Positions 9,620 to 18,542 of a stretch of DNA of 64,000 nt are shown in pieces. A program made the translations under genes and the position numbers. The notes beneath the pieces are model-generated. The model was not told the DNA's origin and ran no database searches. It was given only the letters and a program-made list of their open reading frames with translations. Source of the stretch: a virus (lineage: Duplodnaviria; Caudoviricetes); IMG/VR virus record IMGVR_UViG_3300029305_003884, positions 1 to 64,000 of that record. One strand, written 5' to 3'. Positions within the stretch are counted from its first letter, which is position 1; the number at the start of each line of letters is the position of its first letter.

Positions 9620-9880
9620 TTACTCTCTCCCTTCCTTTTCGGCGGTTGATGGTTCTTCCAACGTAATTTTCTGAATGTGGATAGTCGGTATAAGGGCCAT
9701 TTGGTTACAGCTCTCGTCACCCTTCTGGATGAGCGTAGAGAACTCTATGAAAGGGCGTCCAGACGCAAGGTCACGTTTCAGGCTCTCGTACACGTCTATG
9801 CCGACATTCCTGAACTCGTTTGGTTCGCTTCCTGCCATATGAATCTTCAGGATTAAACCCTTGTCGCACTTTTCACTCAT
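9620..9880 (-). CDS. Hypothetical protein
   Basis: Start MSEKCD overlaps upstream stop (ATGA). Confidence 0.55.
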   Translation of the reverse strand: MSEKCDKGLILKIHMAGSEPNEFRNVGIDVYESLKRDLASGRPFIEFSTLIQKGDESCNQMALIPTIHIQKITLEEPSTAEKEGRE

Positions 9881-10563
9881 AACCGTTCTTCCTTGATGAA
9901 CTGTGACAGGTCGGTTGGAACAACCTTGTCGCAATCCGTGATAAACTCGACGCCGTCCAATGCGTATAGGCATCCCTTGGCGAACATCATCCCGTGGTTC
10001 CCGTTACCAAAATGCACGAGCCTCGCAGATGAACGCAGGTATGTATCGAGCATGTGGAACGAATGGTTTGTCGGGATGACGACCGTAATGCCTTGTGCAT
10101 CAAGAGCGTCCTTTATCTTGTAAATATAGTCTTTTTCTCCTATATTGGCAAGGACTATTTTGCCACCAATCTTGCTCAAAGTGTCTATATATTGCTCGGA
10201 CTGCTCCGCCGAACGAACCTTTCCATAGGCCACGGTCTGGTCAACCTTCGGCAACAGCTTGTGGTGGTCTCCGCTCACGGGATAAGTCAGGTAGGTCTTC
10301 CCCTCGCCGAACTCGATTGTTCGGTAAGTAGACGGAATCACGTAGTCCGCCTCGGAATCGTACTTGATGTAGACCCGTCGGTACGAGCGTTCCATAGACG
10401 ATACCGAACACTGGCTCCCACCCTCGCAGAAACCATAGAGGCGGCTGACGAAGGCGTCCTCGTGGAACCTCATGTCATGCCGCACCGAAGCGATGGATAT
10501 TGCAAGCTGGTTGTGGGCGGACTGGTCTCCGCCCGCCAGGTTTTTCTGGAAGTGACTAATCAT
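9877..10563 (-). CDS. Hypothetical protein
   Basis: Likely start MISHFQ at 10563, overlapping the end of the glycosyltransferase. Confidence 0.6.
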   Translation of the reverse strand: MISHFQKNLAGGDQSAHNQLAISIASVRHDMRFHEDAFVSRLYGFCEGGSQCSVSSMERSYRRVYIKYDSEADYVIPSTYRTIEFGEGKTYLTYPVSGDHHKLLPKVDQTVAYGKVRSAEQSEQYIDTLSKIGGKIVLANIGEKDYIYKIKDALDAQGITVVIPTNHSFHMLDTYLRSSARLVHFGNGNHGMMFAKGCLYALDGVEFITDCDKVVPTDLSQFIKEERL

Positions 10564-11575
10564 TCGTGATACCGTTCTTTTCGTAGAATCTCTCGACCTC
10601 TTTAATGACTTCGGGGTACGAATGTTCTTTCTGCACAAATGCGTTTACGAAATTCTTGACATAGTCTGGTCCGTCCTCGGCCAACACCTCGGTGAGGAAT
10701 TCAGTCATCGTCGGGGTAAGAGACTGGACGTAGTAGATGGACGTATTTACATTAAGCCTGACTTTCGGGCCAACCTTCAGGACGGCATCGCCCTCGATTC
10801 CACCACGCTCGGCAAAATCCTTGTAAATCGCATCAAGGGTCAGTTCCTTGTTGAGATACTTCTTGAATTCATTGTCGGTCATGCGGCGCATCAGGGAACA
10901 GTAAGCCCTGTTCTTCTTGTACTGCAAGCCTTCAAGATAGGAACGGTCGTTTGCCTTCTTGTGCCACAGGTGAAGAACGGCACCGCCCTTGCAGCGAAGT
11001 TCCCTCTTTCCAGTAACCCTGCGGATTTTGAACACGAACGCATCGTCCTCGGCACCCCATCCGACAAACTCCTCGTCGAACCCACCGACCTGCTCATAAG
11101 TCTCCTTGCTGAAACAGTTGATGAGGCCCGTCTGGCGGGTTATTGGAATGTCGGAGTTATACCGAAGCGGGATGTCAACCGCTTCATGACGACATTTACG
11201 ACGGGTCTGTGCCTCGGTAAGGTACACGCATATCTCGTACGGGAATACAAGCGGGGCGTCATCACAGTGGGCATGGAGGTTATCGACAACCCCTGCATCA
11301 ATCCAGGAGTCGGCGTCAATCATGACGTAATGCGTATACTCTGGGTGACTCTTGACAGCGTAGTTCAGCAGTTCCGTCTTGTGGAACTTGGTATCGTCGA
11401 TATCGAGCTTGTGATGGAAAGTCGTCTCGGGAATTTCGGTCAAACCGTTCTGTTCCACAACACATATATCGGCCTCTGGGTCGACACTTTTAAGCTGCTC
11501 GATTGAAGCGTTGAAGTTACGTAGACGGCACGGGTCGGTTGAATAGAAGGTATAAATATACAGGAACTTGCTCAT
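10556..11575 (-). CDS. GT-A fold glycosyltransferase (GT2/GT7-C galactosyltransferase-like)
   Basis: VVEQ, DAD, GGFDEEFVGWGAEDD, LHLWH motifs. Confidence 0.88.
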   Translation of the reverse strand: MSKFLYIYTFYSTDPCRLRNFNASIEQLKSVDPEADICVVEQNGLTEIPETTFHHKLDIDDTKFHKTELLNYAVKSHPEYTHYVMIDADSWIDAGVVDNLHAHCDDAPLVFPYEICVYLTEAQTRRKCRHEAVDIPLRYNSDIPITRQTGLINCFSKETYEQVGGFDEEFVGWGAEDDAFVFKIRRVTGKRELRCKGGAVLHLWHKKANDRSYLEGLQYKKNRAYCSLMRRMTDNEFKKYLNKELTLDAIYKDFAERGGIEGDAVLKVGPKVRLNVNTSIYYVQSLTPTMTEFLTEVLAEDGPDYVKNFVNAFVQKEHSYPEVIKEVERFYEKNGITND

Positions 11576-11579
11576 TCCA

Positions 11580-12386
11580 TTACCTCATTAAATTCATGAT
11601 ATCGTTTTCACTGATGTTTGCGTACATGAGTTCGTTCTTGAAGGACTGAACCATGTTCATAACCCTGTCTTTGTGGCCGGGGTGGGTTCCGTACTGCTGG
11701 TTTCGGTATTTAGTATTGTCCATGAAGAAGAAGATAAGCGTCAAGAACACGGCTCCTTCGGCAAACGAGCTACCAAATCCAGTACCTTGCAGAATCGAGC
11801 AGGAGAACAGGTCGCATGAGCGTTCGTTGTTTCGGGAAACATTGTTGGAGATACCGTTGGTGCGGTCCATGTGACCTAGCATGATGTGCCCGATTTCATG
11901 GCCGAGAACAAATGTAATCATCTTGCGGCCAAGTTCCATGTACTGCGGGTAGTACTCCTTTACACGATATTCGGGGAACTTCTTGTAGAACTCATCAATC
12001 TTTTCCTCGTCCACGGCATCCCAGTCATCGTTATACGCCTTAAGCTCGTATAGCGTCTTGTCGAAAATCCATTTCAGGGCACGCTTCACTTGATGCAAGT
12101 TGTGATTCTTGGTATAGAGAGTGAATACGGCGGCACATGTGCATATCAGGAGGCTCAATCCCTCGAAGGTATACACTTTATAGGACCTGTTCCCAGCATA
12201 GTTTGCGAACGAATTGGCTATCATTTCTGGGGTGTAGACGAACTCGACCCTTTCCATCTTTTCAAGGTACTCTCGGTTCCTTGCGATATAGCTCGACGCC
12301 ATTATCACGTTGATTGCATCGTCCACCATATCATGAATGGGATATGTTGGCGGTTTGGGAAGTTTTTTGCTACCGAATAAACTCAT
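11580..12386 (-). CDS. Zinc metallopeptidase (M48/Lit-U49-like)
   Basis: FVLGHEIGH, NERSCD and THP...RV motifs. Confidence 0.8.
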   Translation of the reverse strand: MSLFGSKKLPKPPTYPIHDMVDDAINVIMASSYIARNREYLEKMERVEFVYTPEMIANSFANYAGNRSYKVYTFEGLSLLICTCAAVFTLYTKNHNLHQVKRALKWIFDKTLYELKAYNDDWDAVDEEKIDEFYKKFPEYRVKEYYPQYMELGRKMITFVLGHEIGHIMLGHMDRTNGISNNVSRNNERSCDLFSCSILQGTGFGSSFAEGAVFLTLIFFFMDNTKYRNQQYGTHPGHKDRVMNMVQSFKNELMYANISENDIMNLMR

Positions 12387-12401
12387 GGATTCCTCCTGTA
12401 A

Positions 12402-13145
12402 TTAGCGTTTAGCGCTCCATGCCAAGCGTATTTTCCTACGCATTCGGGTCAGTAAGAGCACCGCCTTTTCCTTGCTACAATTGTGGGATTCTGCATATAC
12501 ATCGGTCGCCAGCTTGGGCGACTCGGTCGTTACCAGGTATCCGTATATTTCCTGCATCTCTGGGTCGAACGTGTCCAGAAGCTTCGAGGCAAATTGCAGT
12601 TTGCCCTGTGAGTCCGCATCGTACGGGTCTATCGAACGCAGGTATTCAATTTCTTCGCCGTCCTTCCCCTGTTTAGTGGTTTCGACATAAGTCAATGTCG
12701 TCTTCTTGGACGGGTTGACGTATACCAGTGCATCTTCGGATATGAATTTCTTGATGTAACCATGAAGACAAAGCACCATATATGAATTGAAGGATGCGCC
12801 GCCTTCTGGAGTGAAATTTTTCACCAGAGTTCCGAAATGCACATACGGTAGGTGTACAAGCTCGTTGGCGTCTAGTGAATACTGTTTTGCGTAATTGTTG
12901 TACAATCTGATAAGATAAAGCGAGTAATTGCCGATTACGATGTCTCGATAGGTGTTATACTTACGCCTGCTAACCATGTCGTCGCTTGTTAGCAGTTTCT
13001 TGCACATGCCTACTATTGCATTTATCAGGGCGCCAGTATTCTCCATCTGTAGTTTTGACTTTAATGCGCTTATGTATGTTTGTGATGTTTTATATGAGTC
13101 GGATAATACTTTTTTATCTACATACACCACTTCCTTTTTTATCAT
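12402..13145 (-). CDS. Sigma70-family-like phage sigma factor
   Basis: Region-2-like NFTPEGGASFNSYMVLCLHGYI and a C-terminal HTH-like segment. Confidence 0.6.
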   Translation of the reverse strand: MIKKEVVYVDKKVLSDSYKTSQTYISALKSKLQMENTGALINAIVGMCKKLLTSDDMVSRRKYNTYRDIVIGNYSLYLIRLYNNYAKQYSLDANELVHLPYVHFGTLVKNFTPEGGASFNSYMVLCLHGYIKKFISEDALVYVNPSKKTTLTYVETTKQGKDGEEIEYLRSIDPYDADSQGKLQFASKLLDTFDPEMQEIYGYLVTTESPKLATDVYAESHNCSKEKAVLLLTRMRRKIRLAWSAKR

Positions 13146-13178
13146 AGTTCCTCATGTCAGGAACGGCAGCTAGTCTAT

Positions 13179-13433
13179 TTATCCAGAATTTTTGCATATA
13201 TGTGTACCATTCCTTTCTTGTTTGTAAGGAAATATAATAAATTTTAGATACACTTGCAAGCCTTTTATATACAAAAAATTAAAGTCGGGAATTTCCCGAC
13301 TTCTCTTGTATTTCTTTTTTGACTGAACCACTCTGCATCTCAGCTTCCGACCGTTCTCGGTCTCCGCTATCCGCAGCTTCCTGGCATAAGGAGTTTCCTT
13401 AGCGTCGCTTATTTTTAGGTATATTTGTTTCAT
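13179..13433 (-). CDS. ArfA-like basic small protein (candidate ribosome rescue factor)
   Basis: PYARKL...RKLRCRVVQSKKKYKR resembles the ArfA core; internal terminator precedes the stop codon. Confidence 0.55.
   Translation of the reverse strand: MKQIYLKISDAKETPYARKLRIAETENGRKLRCRVVQSKKKYKRSREIPDFNFLYIKGLQVYLKFIIFPYKQERNGTHICKNSG
13231..13259 (-). promoter_or_regulatory. Host sigma70-type promoter for the sigma-factor gene
   Basis: TTGCAA-17 nt-TATATT. Confidence 0.7.
13272..13302 (-). terminator. Intrinsic terminator inside ORF 13179..13433
   Basis: AAGTCGGGA-AAT-TCCCGACTT followed by TAATTTTTTG. Confidence 0.75.
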
Positions 13434-13437
13434 GATT

Positions 13438-13830
13438 CTATCCTTGTAGTATGCAGTCTTTCAGCATGGCCATCGCATTCGCCACATCGGAATCCATAGG
13501 TTCGGCAGGATTTTTCACCGTAGTTACGGAAGTTCCGCACGGACCCTTCTCGACAATCGTCGACAGGCTTCCAGTAGGGGTGCTAACGCTTGAAGAACAG
13601 ATTTCCTTACGGTCTCTTTCGGTAAGCGGCTCGAACTCGTAGCTGTGGTTCTGCTTGAACTTTTCTATCGTAGCAAGGATGTCGTTGTAGCCATAGCCAG
13701 GAGCGTTGATTGCACGACGGTTGAACTCCCCTATGACATCACGTTCCTTATAGAGGTTTTCATTGTGGTCGCTGTAACCAATTACGTTACCAGAGACTAT
13801 CATGCTCGGCAATGCACTCTCGACTCCCAT
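13438..13830 (-). CDS. Hypothetical late protein
   Basis: Downstream of TATAAACTA at 13879-13887. Confidence 0.6.
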   Translation of the reverse strand: MGVESALPSMIVSGNVIGYSDHNENLYKERDVIGEFNRRAINAPGYGYNDILATIEKFKQNHSYEFEPLTERDRKEICSSSVSTPTGSLSTIVEKGPCGTSVTTVKNPAEPMDSDVANAMAMLKDCILQG

Positions 13831-13878
13831 AATTCTACCCTAGACTTCGCTTCCCATAAAAAGTACCTCAATCAAATT

Positions 13879-13887
13879 TAGTTTATA
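13879..13887 (-). promoter_or_regulatory. Putative late promoter TATAAACTA
   Basis: One of 15 exact copies, each about 20-50 nt upstream of a start codon. Confidence 0.75.
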
Positions 13888-14368
13888 CAGTTTCCCAAGA
13901 ATCCTTGGCCTCGATAGAGTCGTCAACGAAGGTTCCCGCCTTCTTCATGTCGTAGATGTCCCGACGAACCTTGTCCTCAAACTGTTTGAAAGTCTGGTTA
14001 ACAAGCTTGCTCATACCAGCCCCATCCAATGGCTTAATAGTATACTCGGCGGAAATCGGCTTTCCATTGTATGTGGTCGCCGTAGACACCAGTATCTTAG
14101 TTTCGCTCATGAACGGGACAATGTCGAACGCACCACCCAGGTCCTCGCTACCACGGTATTCATCGCTGAGAAGCTGATTGAGGTCTCCGTTAATTGTCGT
14201 CCGTATTTCAGTGTTCCATCCCATGTATGGCATAAGAACCCTTATCATGATAGCAGTCTCGTTAAGGACTTTCATCATGATTTTCACTTGCTCGGCATCG
14301 GCCCAAAAGAGGAATGTAAAGAATTCCTTCAAACGGGAGACCAGTTTGGCTTTAATTTCATCTGTCAT
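13883..14368 (-). CDS. Hypothetical protein
   Basis: 161-aa packed ORF. Confidence 0.65.
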   Translation of the reverse strand: MTDEIKAKLVSRLKEFFTFLFWADAEQVKIMMKVLNETAIMIRVLMPYMGWNTEIRTTINGDLNQLLSDEYRGSEDLGGAFDIVPFMSETKILVSTATTYNGKPISAEYTIKPLDGAGMSKLVNQTFKQFEDKVRRDIYDMKKAGTFVDDSIEAKDSWETV

Positions 14369-14377
14369 AACACTTCC

Positions 14378-14602
14378 TTACAAGAACTGCCTCAGATACG
14401 GATTCGCACAAATGACAGACACGGAAAGCTTCTTGTTGTGAAGCTTCACTGTCTGGCGGTGCCTGATGCGTTTCTTCTTCAGGGGAGCGGCCTGAGCATC
14501 AACCGTCGTCTTAGACGGCCCTGCCATGACCGTAGCTTCCTTTACACGGAGGTCGCTTTCCTGAGCGGAAACAGATTCCGTATTTTTATGTTTCTTTGTC
14601 AT
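14378..14602 (-). CDS. Small basic hypothetical protein
   Basis: SD AGGAGG; K/R-rich. Confidence 0.55.
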   Translation of the reverse strand: MTKKHKNTESVSAQESDLRVKEATVMAGPSKTTVDAQAAPLKKKRIRHRQTVKLHNKKLSVSVICANPYLRQFL

Positions 14603-14645
14603 GTCGTCCTCCTAATTTAGATAAAAACATCACGACCGTCAAGTG

Positions 14646-15446
14646 TTAGTTCGACAAGTCAGTCATCATGAACGGTCTTGCCGCCTCGTTCTTGATTTCT
14701 TCGAGCTTCTTGTCGTTGATTTCCTTCCAAGTAGTGTAAATCGTCTGTCCGTTCACCGTTCCGCCACCTGGGAGAGTGACCGTATCCTTCATAAGGATGA
14801 TACCAAGCTGCATGCCTGCACGGGACACAACGAAGTCCCTGAACAGCGGGTTGGCGAACACTTCGGCCTGCTTGGCCTTCAAGTACACCCTTGCAATGGC
14901 GTTCCTGTCCGTCTTCGGTGTCGGGTAGACACGCATACGGTGTTCGACTGGGTGCAACTTAACGCTGTACTGGGTACCGACGAGTTTCTTAACATCTTGC
15001 AGATACCTGAGGGCGCCTGCATAGGTGATAAGGTCGAACTGTCCCAGACCACCGAGGCCAGCACCGCCCACACCCATAAGGGATTCACCTGGGCCAACGT
15101 CCCATGCCATCATCGGGCTGAACGTGTTGCCGTAGCTCGGGTTCAAGTCCACCAGCTGGTACACATTGTCTGGAACCCTGTATTCCATGATACCCTGTTT
15201 CAGACGGATAATCATGTAATCGCTGTAAGTCGCCTCGGACTGCATGTAGCGGTAGAAGTAGTCGAGAGAGTCCTGGATAGCCATGGCGATGTGGCCAAGG
15301 CCGTTCCTGTTCTCGACTTCCATCTCGATTTCCGTTGCAGGATAACCGAGCCTAGCCTTGATGTACTCCGTCATGTCGTCACGGGTCATCCACATGGTTG
15401 GCAGCGGGTCTGGCGGCAAGCTGAAAATTTCAGGATTCCTACGCAT
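14646..15446 (-). CDS. Neck protein (T4 gp13-like)
   Basis: YIKARLGYP..EIE, AIQDSLDYF, LPGGGTVNGQTIY. Confidence 0.85.
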   Translation of the reverse strand: MRRNPEIFSLPPDPLPTMWMTRDDMTEYIKARLGYPATEIEMEVENRNGLGHIAMAIQDSLDYFYRYMQSEATYSDYMIIRLKQGIMEYRVPDNVYQLVDLNPSYGNTFSPMMAWDVGPGESLMGVGGAGLGGLGQFDLITYAGALRYLQDVKKLVGTQYSVKLHPVEHRMRVYPTPKTDRNAIARVYLKAKQAEVFANPLFRDFVVSRAGMQLGIILMKDTVTLPGGGTVNGQTIYTTWKEINDKKLEEIKNEAARPFMMTDLSN

Positions 15447-15970
15447 TATGCTATATTCCTCATCGGGAGTCTGGAATACATTTCCTGGTCACCCGTTGTC
15501 AAAGTGATGTTGAACAATGGTTTTCCCGTATGTGCGGACGTAACCTCGATTCGGTCTTTGATACCGCCTTCACTCGAATGACGGATACCGATATTGAAAT
15601 CCTTTGTCGAGTTGAGTTGCTCGGCATTGATTCCGAACTCGGGAGTGTAGTACATTTCCAGGTTGGCGAGGATAAACTCCTTCAACGCCTGCTTGGAGTC
15701 GAATCGCTGTATCCTTCCGTTTACCAGCTCGTTGTGGAGCCAGTAAGTGTACCTGTTTACGAGATGCGGGGTACGGGCGTATATCTTTTCGATTCCCCTG
15801 AACGTGAAGAACTGCTGCGGGTACACCGAAGTGTAGTAGATGAAGTTCGCCTCAGGATGTTTGAAACATTCTTCGAACAAGGCGGACACGACGGCTGATT
15901 GGGCCTCGGTCAGTCCAAGCTTGTCGATGCTGTCATAGAACAATGCCGCTTTGTCAAGAATATCTGTCAT
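15446..15970 (-). CDS. Leader-family virion protein
   Basis: N-terminus LFYDSIDKLGLTEAQSAVVSALFEECF. Confidence 0.65.
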   Translation of the reverse strand: MTDILDKAALFYDSIDKLGLTEAQSAVVSALFEECFKHPEANFIYYTSVYPQQFFTFRGIEKIYARTPHLVNRYTYWLHNELVNGRIQRFDSKQALKEFILANLEMYYTPEFGINAEQLNSTKDFNIGIRHSSEGGIKDRIEVTSAHTGKPLFNITLTTGDQEMYSRLPMRNIA

Positions 15971-15975
15971 ATTGG

Positions 15976-16683
15976 TTACTCGTTCTTGTTTTCGAAGAAA
16001 CGGATGAGGTGATACTTGATTGCAGTCAACTCGTCAATGAAACTGTCGAGCGTTCCGTTAAGTCCGAATGTCTCGAAGTGTTCGAGCTGAGAACGGAACT
16101 CGGAAATCTTGTCGAGGTCTTCGTCGACGGATGCGACGAAGGCGTTCCTGTCGGTCAGGTTCGGAATCTTTCCAGACCATACCTTGAAATCGATGTCCTC
16201 GTTGAACGTAGCCTGCAACGTCTCGGCAACCTTGTCCTTGGTCGACTGGTAGAGCTCGTAGCAATCCTGTGCCTTCTCGTGGAGAGCCTTGCTTTCAGCG
16301 TTCCAGTGATATTGCTGGTAGGCGCTCTGCTTGGCATTCATGAGGGTAAGGATATTGTACATGATAGCCTTGGAACCTTCGTCAGCATTCGGCTCGTCTT
16401 CCGCCTCGGACGGGGTTTCCTCGGGTGTGAAATCCTCAGGAAGGTTATCCTCGGGGCCATCATCAAGGTTTTCCTCAGGGGGCACATCGGGCTCCGCCTC
16501 GGGGGCTTCAAGTTCCTCTTCCTTTGGTTCTTCCTTATCGTCTTCCTTGTCGTCGTCAGCGTCATCGGAGTCCTTTTCTGCTGCCTCATAAATGACGTTG
16601 TGGATGGCAGTCACCGCTTCAATCGTAGTCGGGTCAATGCCTGCTTCCTGCATTGATTCCACAAAAATCTTGTACGGATTCAT
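15976..16683 (-). CDS. Leader-family protein with acidic linker and ferritin/Dps-like domain
   Basis: QQYHWN...ALHE..D..Y....DKVAE four-helix-bundle motif; late promoter upstream. Confidence 0.7.
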   Translation of the reverse strand: MNPYKIFVESMQEAGIDPTTIEAVTAIHNVIYEAAEKDSDDADDDKEDDKEEPKEEELEAPEAEPDVPPEENLDDGPEDNLPEDFTPEETPSEAEDEPNADEGSKAIMYNILTLMNAKQSAYQQYHWNAESKALHEKAQDCYELYQSTKDKVAETLQATFNEDIDFKVWSGKIPNLTDRNAFVASVDEDLDKISEFRSQLEHFETFGLNGTLDSFIDELTAIKYHLIRFFENKNE

Positions 16684-16709
16684 ATTACTCCTCAGTAATG
16701 AACTAACAA

Positions 16710-16718
16710 TAGTTTATA
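16710..16718 (-). promoter_or_regulatory. Putative late promoter TATAAACTA
   Basis: Exact motif about 27 nt before the ATG at 16683. Confidence 0.8.
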
Positions 16719-16730
16719 CCTCGGAGCCAT

Positions 16731-16760
16731 AAAAAGAAAGCCTACGGGCTTATCCGTAGG
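16731..16760 (-). terminator. Intrinsic terminator
   Basis: CCTACGGA-TAAG-CCCGTAGG then CTTTCTTTTT. Confidence 0.6.
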
Positions 16761-16965
16761 TCACTTCGTTGCTTTTATTCACTCTTCGACGGGATTTCAT
16801 CTTGTCGATGACATAATTACTCAACTCGATGAACTCTGGGAAGAACATGCGGTCGCATTCCAGGGCTGAGGTGGAAGTTTCCGCAGTCACGTATATCTTA
16901 CGTTTCCGCAGACTTTCTAATTTGTATCGAGGAAATGAATGTAGAATACCGAAAGGGGAACGGGG
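16750..16965 (-). CDS. Overlapping +1-frame extension / gp51-like small ORF
   Basis: Open frame ...LESLRKRKIYVTAETSTSALECDRMFFPEFIELSNYVIDKM...; no ATG in the 5' part (GTG at 16890). Confidence 0.5.
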   Translation of the reverse strand, partial: PRSPFGILHSFPRYKLESLRKRKIYVTAETSTSALECDRMFFPEFIELSNYVIDKMKSRRRVNKSNEVTYG

Positions 16966-18256
16966 TCACCGTCACACCTCCGCAGTTCGGGCACGTATGG
17001 GCCACCATCGTCTTGGTCCTGAAAGAGCATTTCGAGAGTTCGGACAGGAACCTTGCCGCATCATCCTTGTTGAGGTTTCCGAGGAAATCGATGTTATCCT
17101 GCAAAGAGTTGCAGCCAGGAATATCCACCAAGAGAGCCATGTTAAGGAGGGCCATATACGGCTTGGTAGGGGTAAATCCCTTCCTTTTCCACTCGTCAAT
17201 CTGGTTCCTGTAATAGTAGTCGTGGAAACGCCTTCTGACATAAATTTCGACCGCAGGGACACCTCCGATGTGTTCGACTGGGTGGCATCCGTATTCCCTG
17301 AACTTCTCCGCCAACTCCATCGGGTCAACATTGGTTTGGAACCTCATGTTGGTGAAATCTATCTTATAGCCTGGGTCGTCAACGACGGTTCCGCAATGCT
17401 TGCAGGTAAAAGTGGTCCATGTGTAAGGGTCTTTCGGGAAAGTTGATGCACGGAGGTACTGCAGGGTGTATATCTCATCGCCAGTGACAATCTGTTGCGA
17501 GCCGCCTGGACAGCGTGTGCGTCTGTCGAGGATTTCGGTAATCGAATCCAGTTTGTTGTCGTTGTCCATGTTTTCGACCATAAGCATGTCGATAAGTCGC
17601 AACGGCTGTGCTAGCATGGGACCCTTGTAGAACACTCCTTTTGACGGGAGTTCGTCGAGCGGAAGAAAATCTTCCTCGTTTGGCTTTGTTGGCTCGTGTA
17701 CATCAACTATTGGAGTCTGGACGGGAACCGCTTCCTGCGGCTTTTGAGGAATGGCTGCCTGGGGAACGAACCCCTGCTGTGGTTCCTGTTGTGTGACTGG
17801 GGGAGGAACCCTGTTCGCAGCAGCCTGAGAATACTTGCGTGCAAGTTCTTCGCCAGAAACATGATGCACGTCATCAGGAGGAAGCTTGCCTTTCTCGTGA
17901 TAGAACATCGCATCGTACTGGTCGTCAGTTACATGAGGCTTGTTGGCATCCATCGGTTGGAAAGTCCTGTTCGGGTCGAACCATCTCGGTTCGGCATTTT
18001 GCGGATTCTCGGGTTCATCCCCAGTATCCTCAATCTTGACCGACTTTTTCACCCGTGGATTGCTTATCTTAACCGACTGCCGTTCGTTAACGATATGCCT
18101 CTTAGGCGGCTCCTGAAAAATCATGGAACTTTCTGGCATAGAACCCAGTTTCTTTCTCAGAGCGACCGCCTGTTTCAACAAGTTTTCAGATGAAGCCATA
18201 TCATCTCCCTGCATAGTAAGAGTAGACATACCGAGGACCTGTGTAATGCTGTCCAT
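16898..18256 (-). CDS. Baseplate hub / tail assembly chaperone (T4 gp26-like)
   Basis: LPSKGVFY, GDEIYTLQYLRAST, CKHCG and CPNCG zinc knuckles; long low-complexity N-terminus. Confidence 0.7.
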   Translation of the reverse strand: MDSITQVLGMSTLTMQGDDMASSENLLKQAVALRKKLGSMPESSMIFQEPPKRHIVNERQSVKISNPRVKKSVKIEDTGDEPENPQNAEPRWFDPNRTFQPMDANKPHVTDDQYDAMFYHEKGKLPPDDVHHVSGEELARKYSQAAANRVPPPVTQQEPQQGFVPQAAIPQKPQEAVPVQTPIVDVHEPTKPNEEDFLPLDELPSKGVFYKGPMLAQPLRLIDMLMVENMDNDNKLDSITEILDRRTRCPGGSQQIVTGDEIYTLQYLRASTFPKDPYTWTTFTCKHCGTVVDDPGYKIDFTNMRFQTNVDPMELAEKFREYGCHPVEHIGGVPAVEIYVRRRFHDYYYRNQIDEWKRKGFTPTKPYMALLNMALLVDIPGCNSLQDNIDFLGNLNKDDAARFLSELSKCSFRTKTMVAHTCPNCGGVTVTPFPFRYSTFISSIQIRKSAET

Positions 18257-18542
18257 TCTTCAGGTCGATGGATATATTTTCCTTACCTTTCGCTTCCTCA
18301 TTAAGTTTATCCGATACCATTTTTGCCAATTTTTCGCTCATCGGGTCGGGCAATTCCTTGCCTTCATACTTGTCAACGATAATCGGTTCAGAAATGGACA
18401 TGTCCCGCATGGCGTTGTAGTCATGCGTGTCATGTCCTTTTTCGTACCACTTCATGTCATACCTGATGACATTGTAGAGTGGCGGCTCTGCATTAGTTTT
18501 CGGCTTCGGCGTTTCCGCTGCTTGTTCCGTTGTCGGTTCCAT
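18201..18542 (-). CDS. Hypothetical protein
   Basis: Overlaps both neighbours; SD GGAG. Confidence 0.55.
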   Translation of the reverse strand: MEPTTEQAAETPKPKTNAEPPLYNVIRYDMKWYEKGHDTHDYNAMRDMSISEPIIVDKYEGKELPDPMSEKLAKMVSDKLNEEAKGKENISIDLKNGQHYTGPRYVYSYYAGR

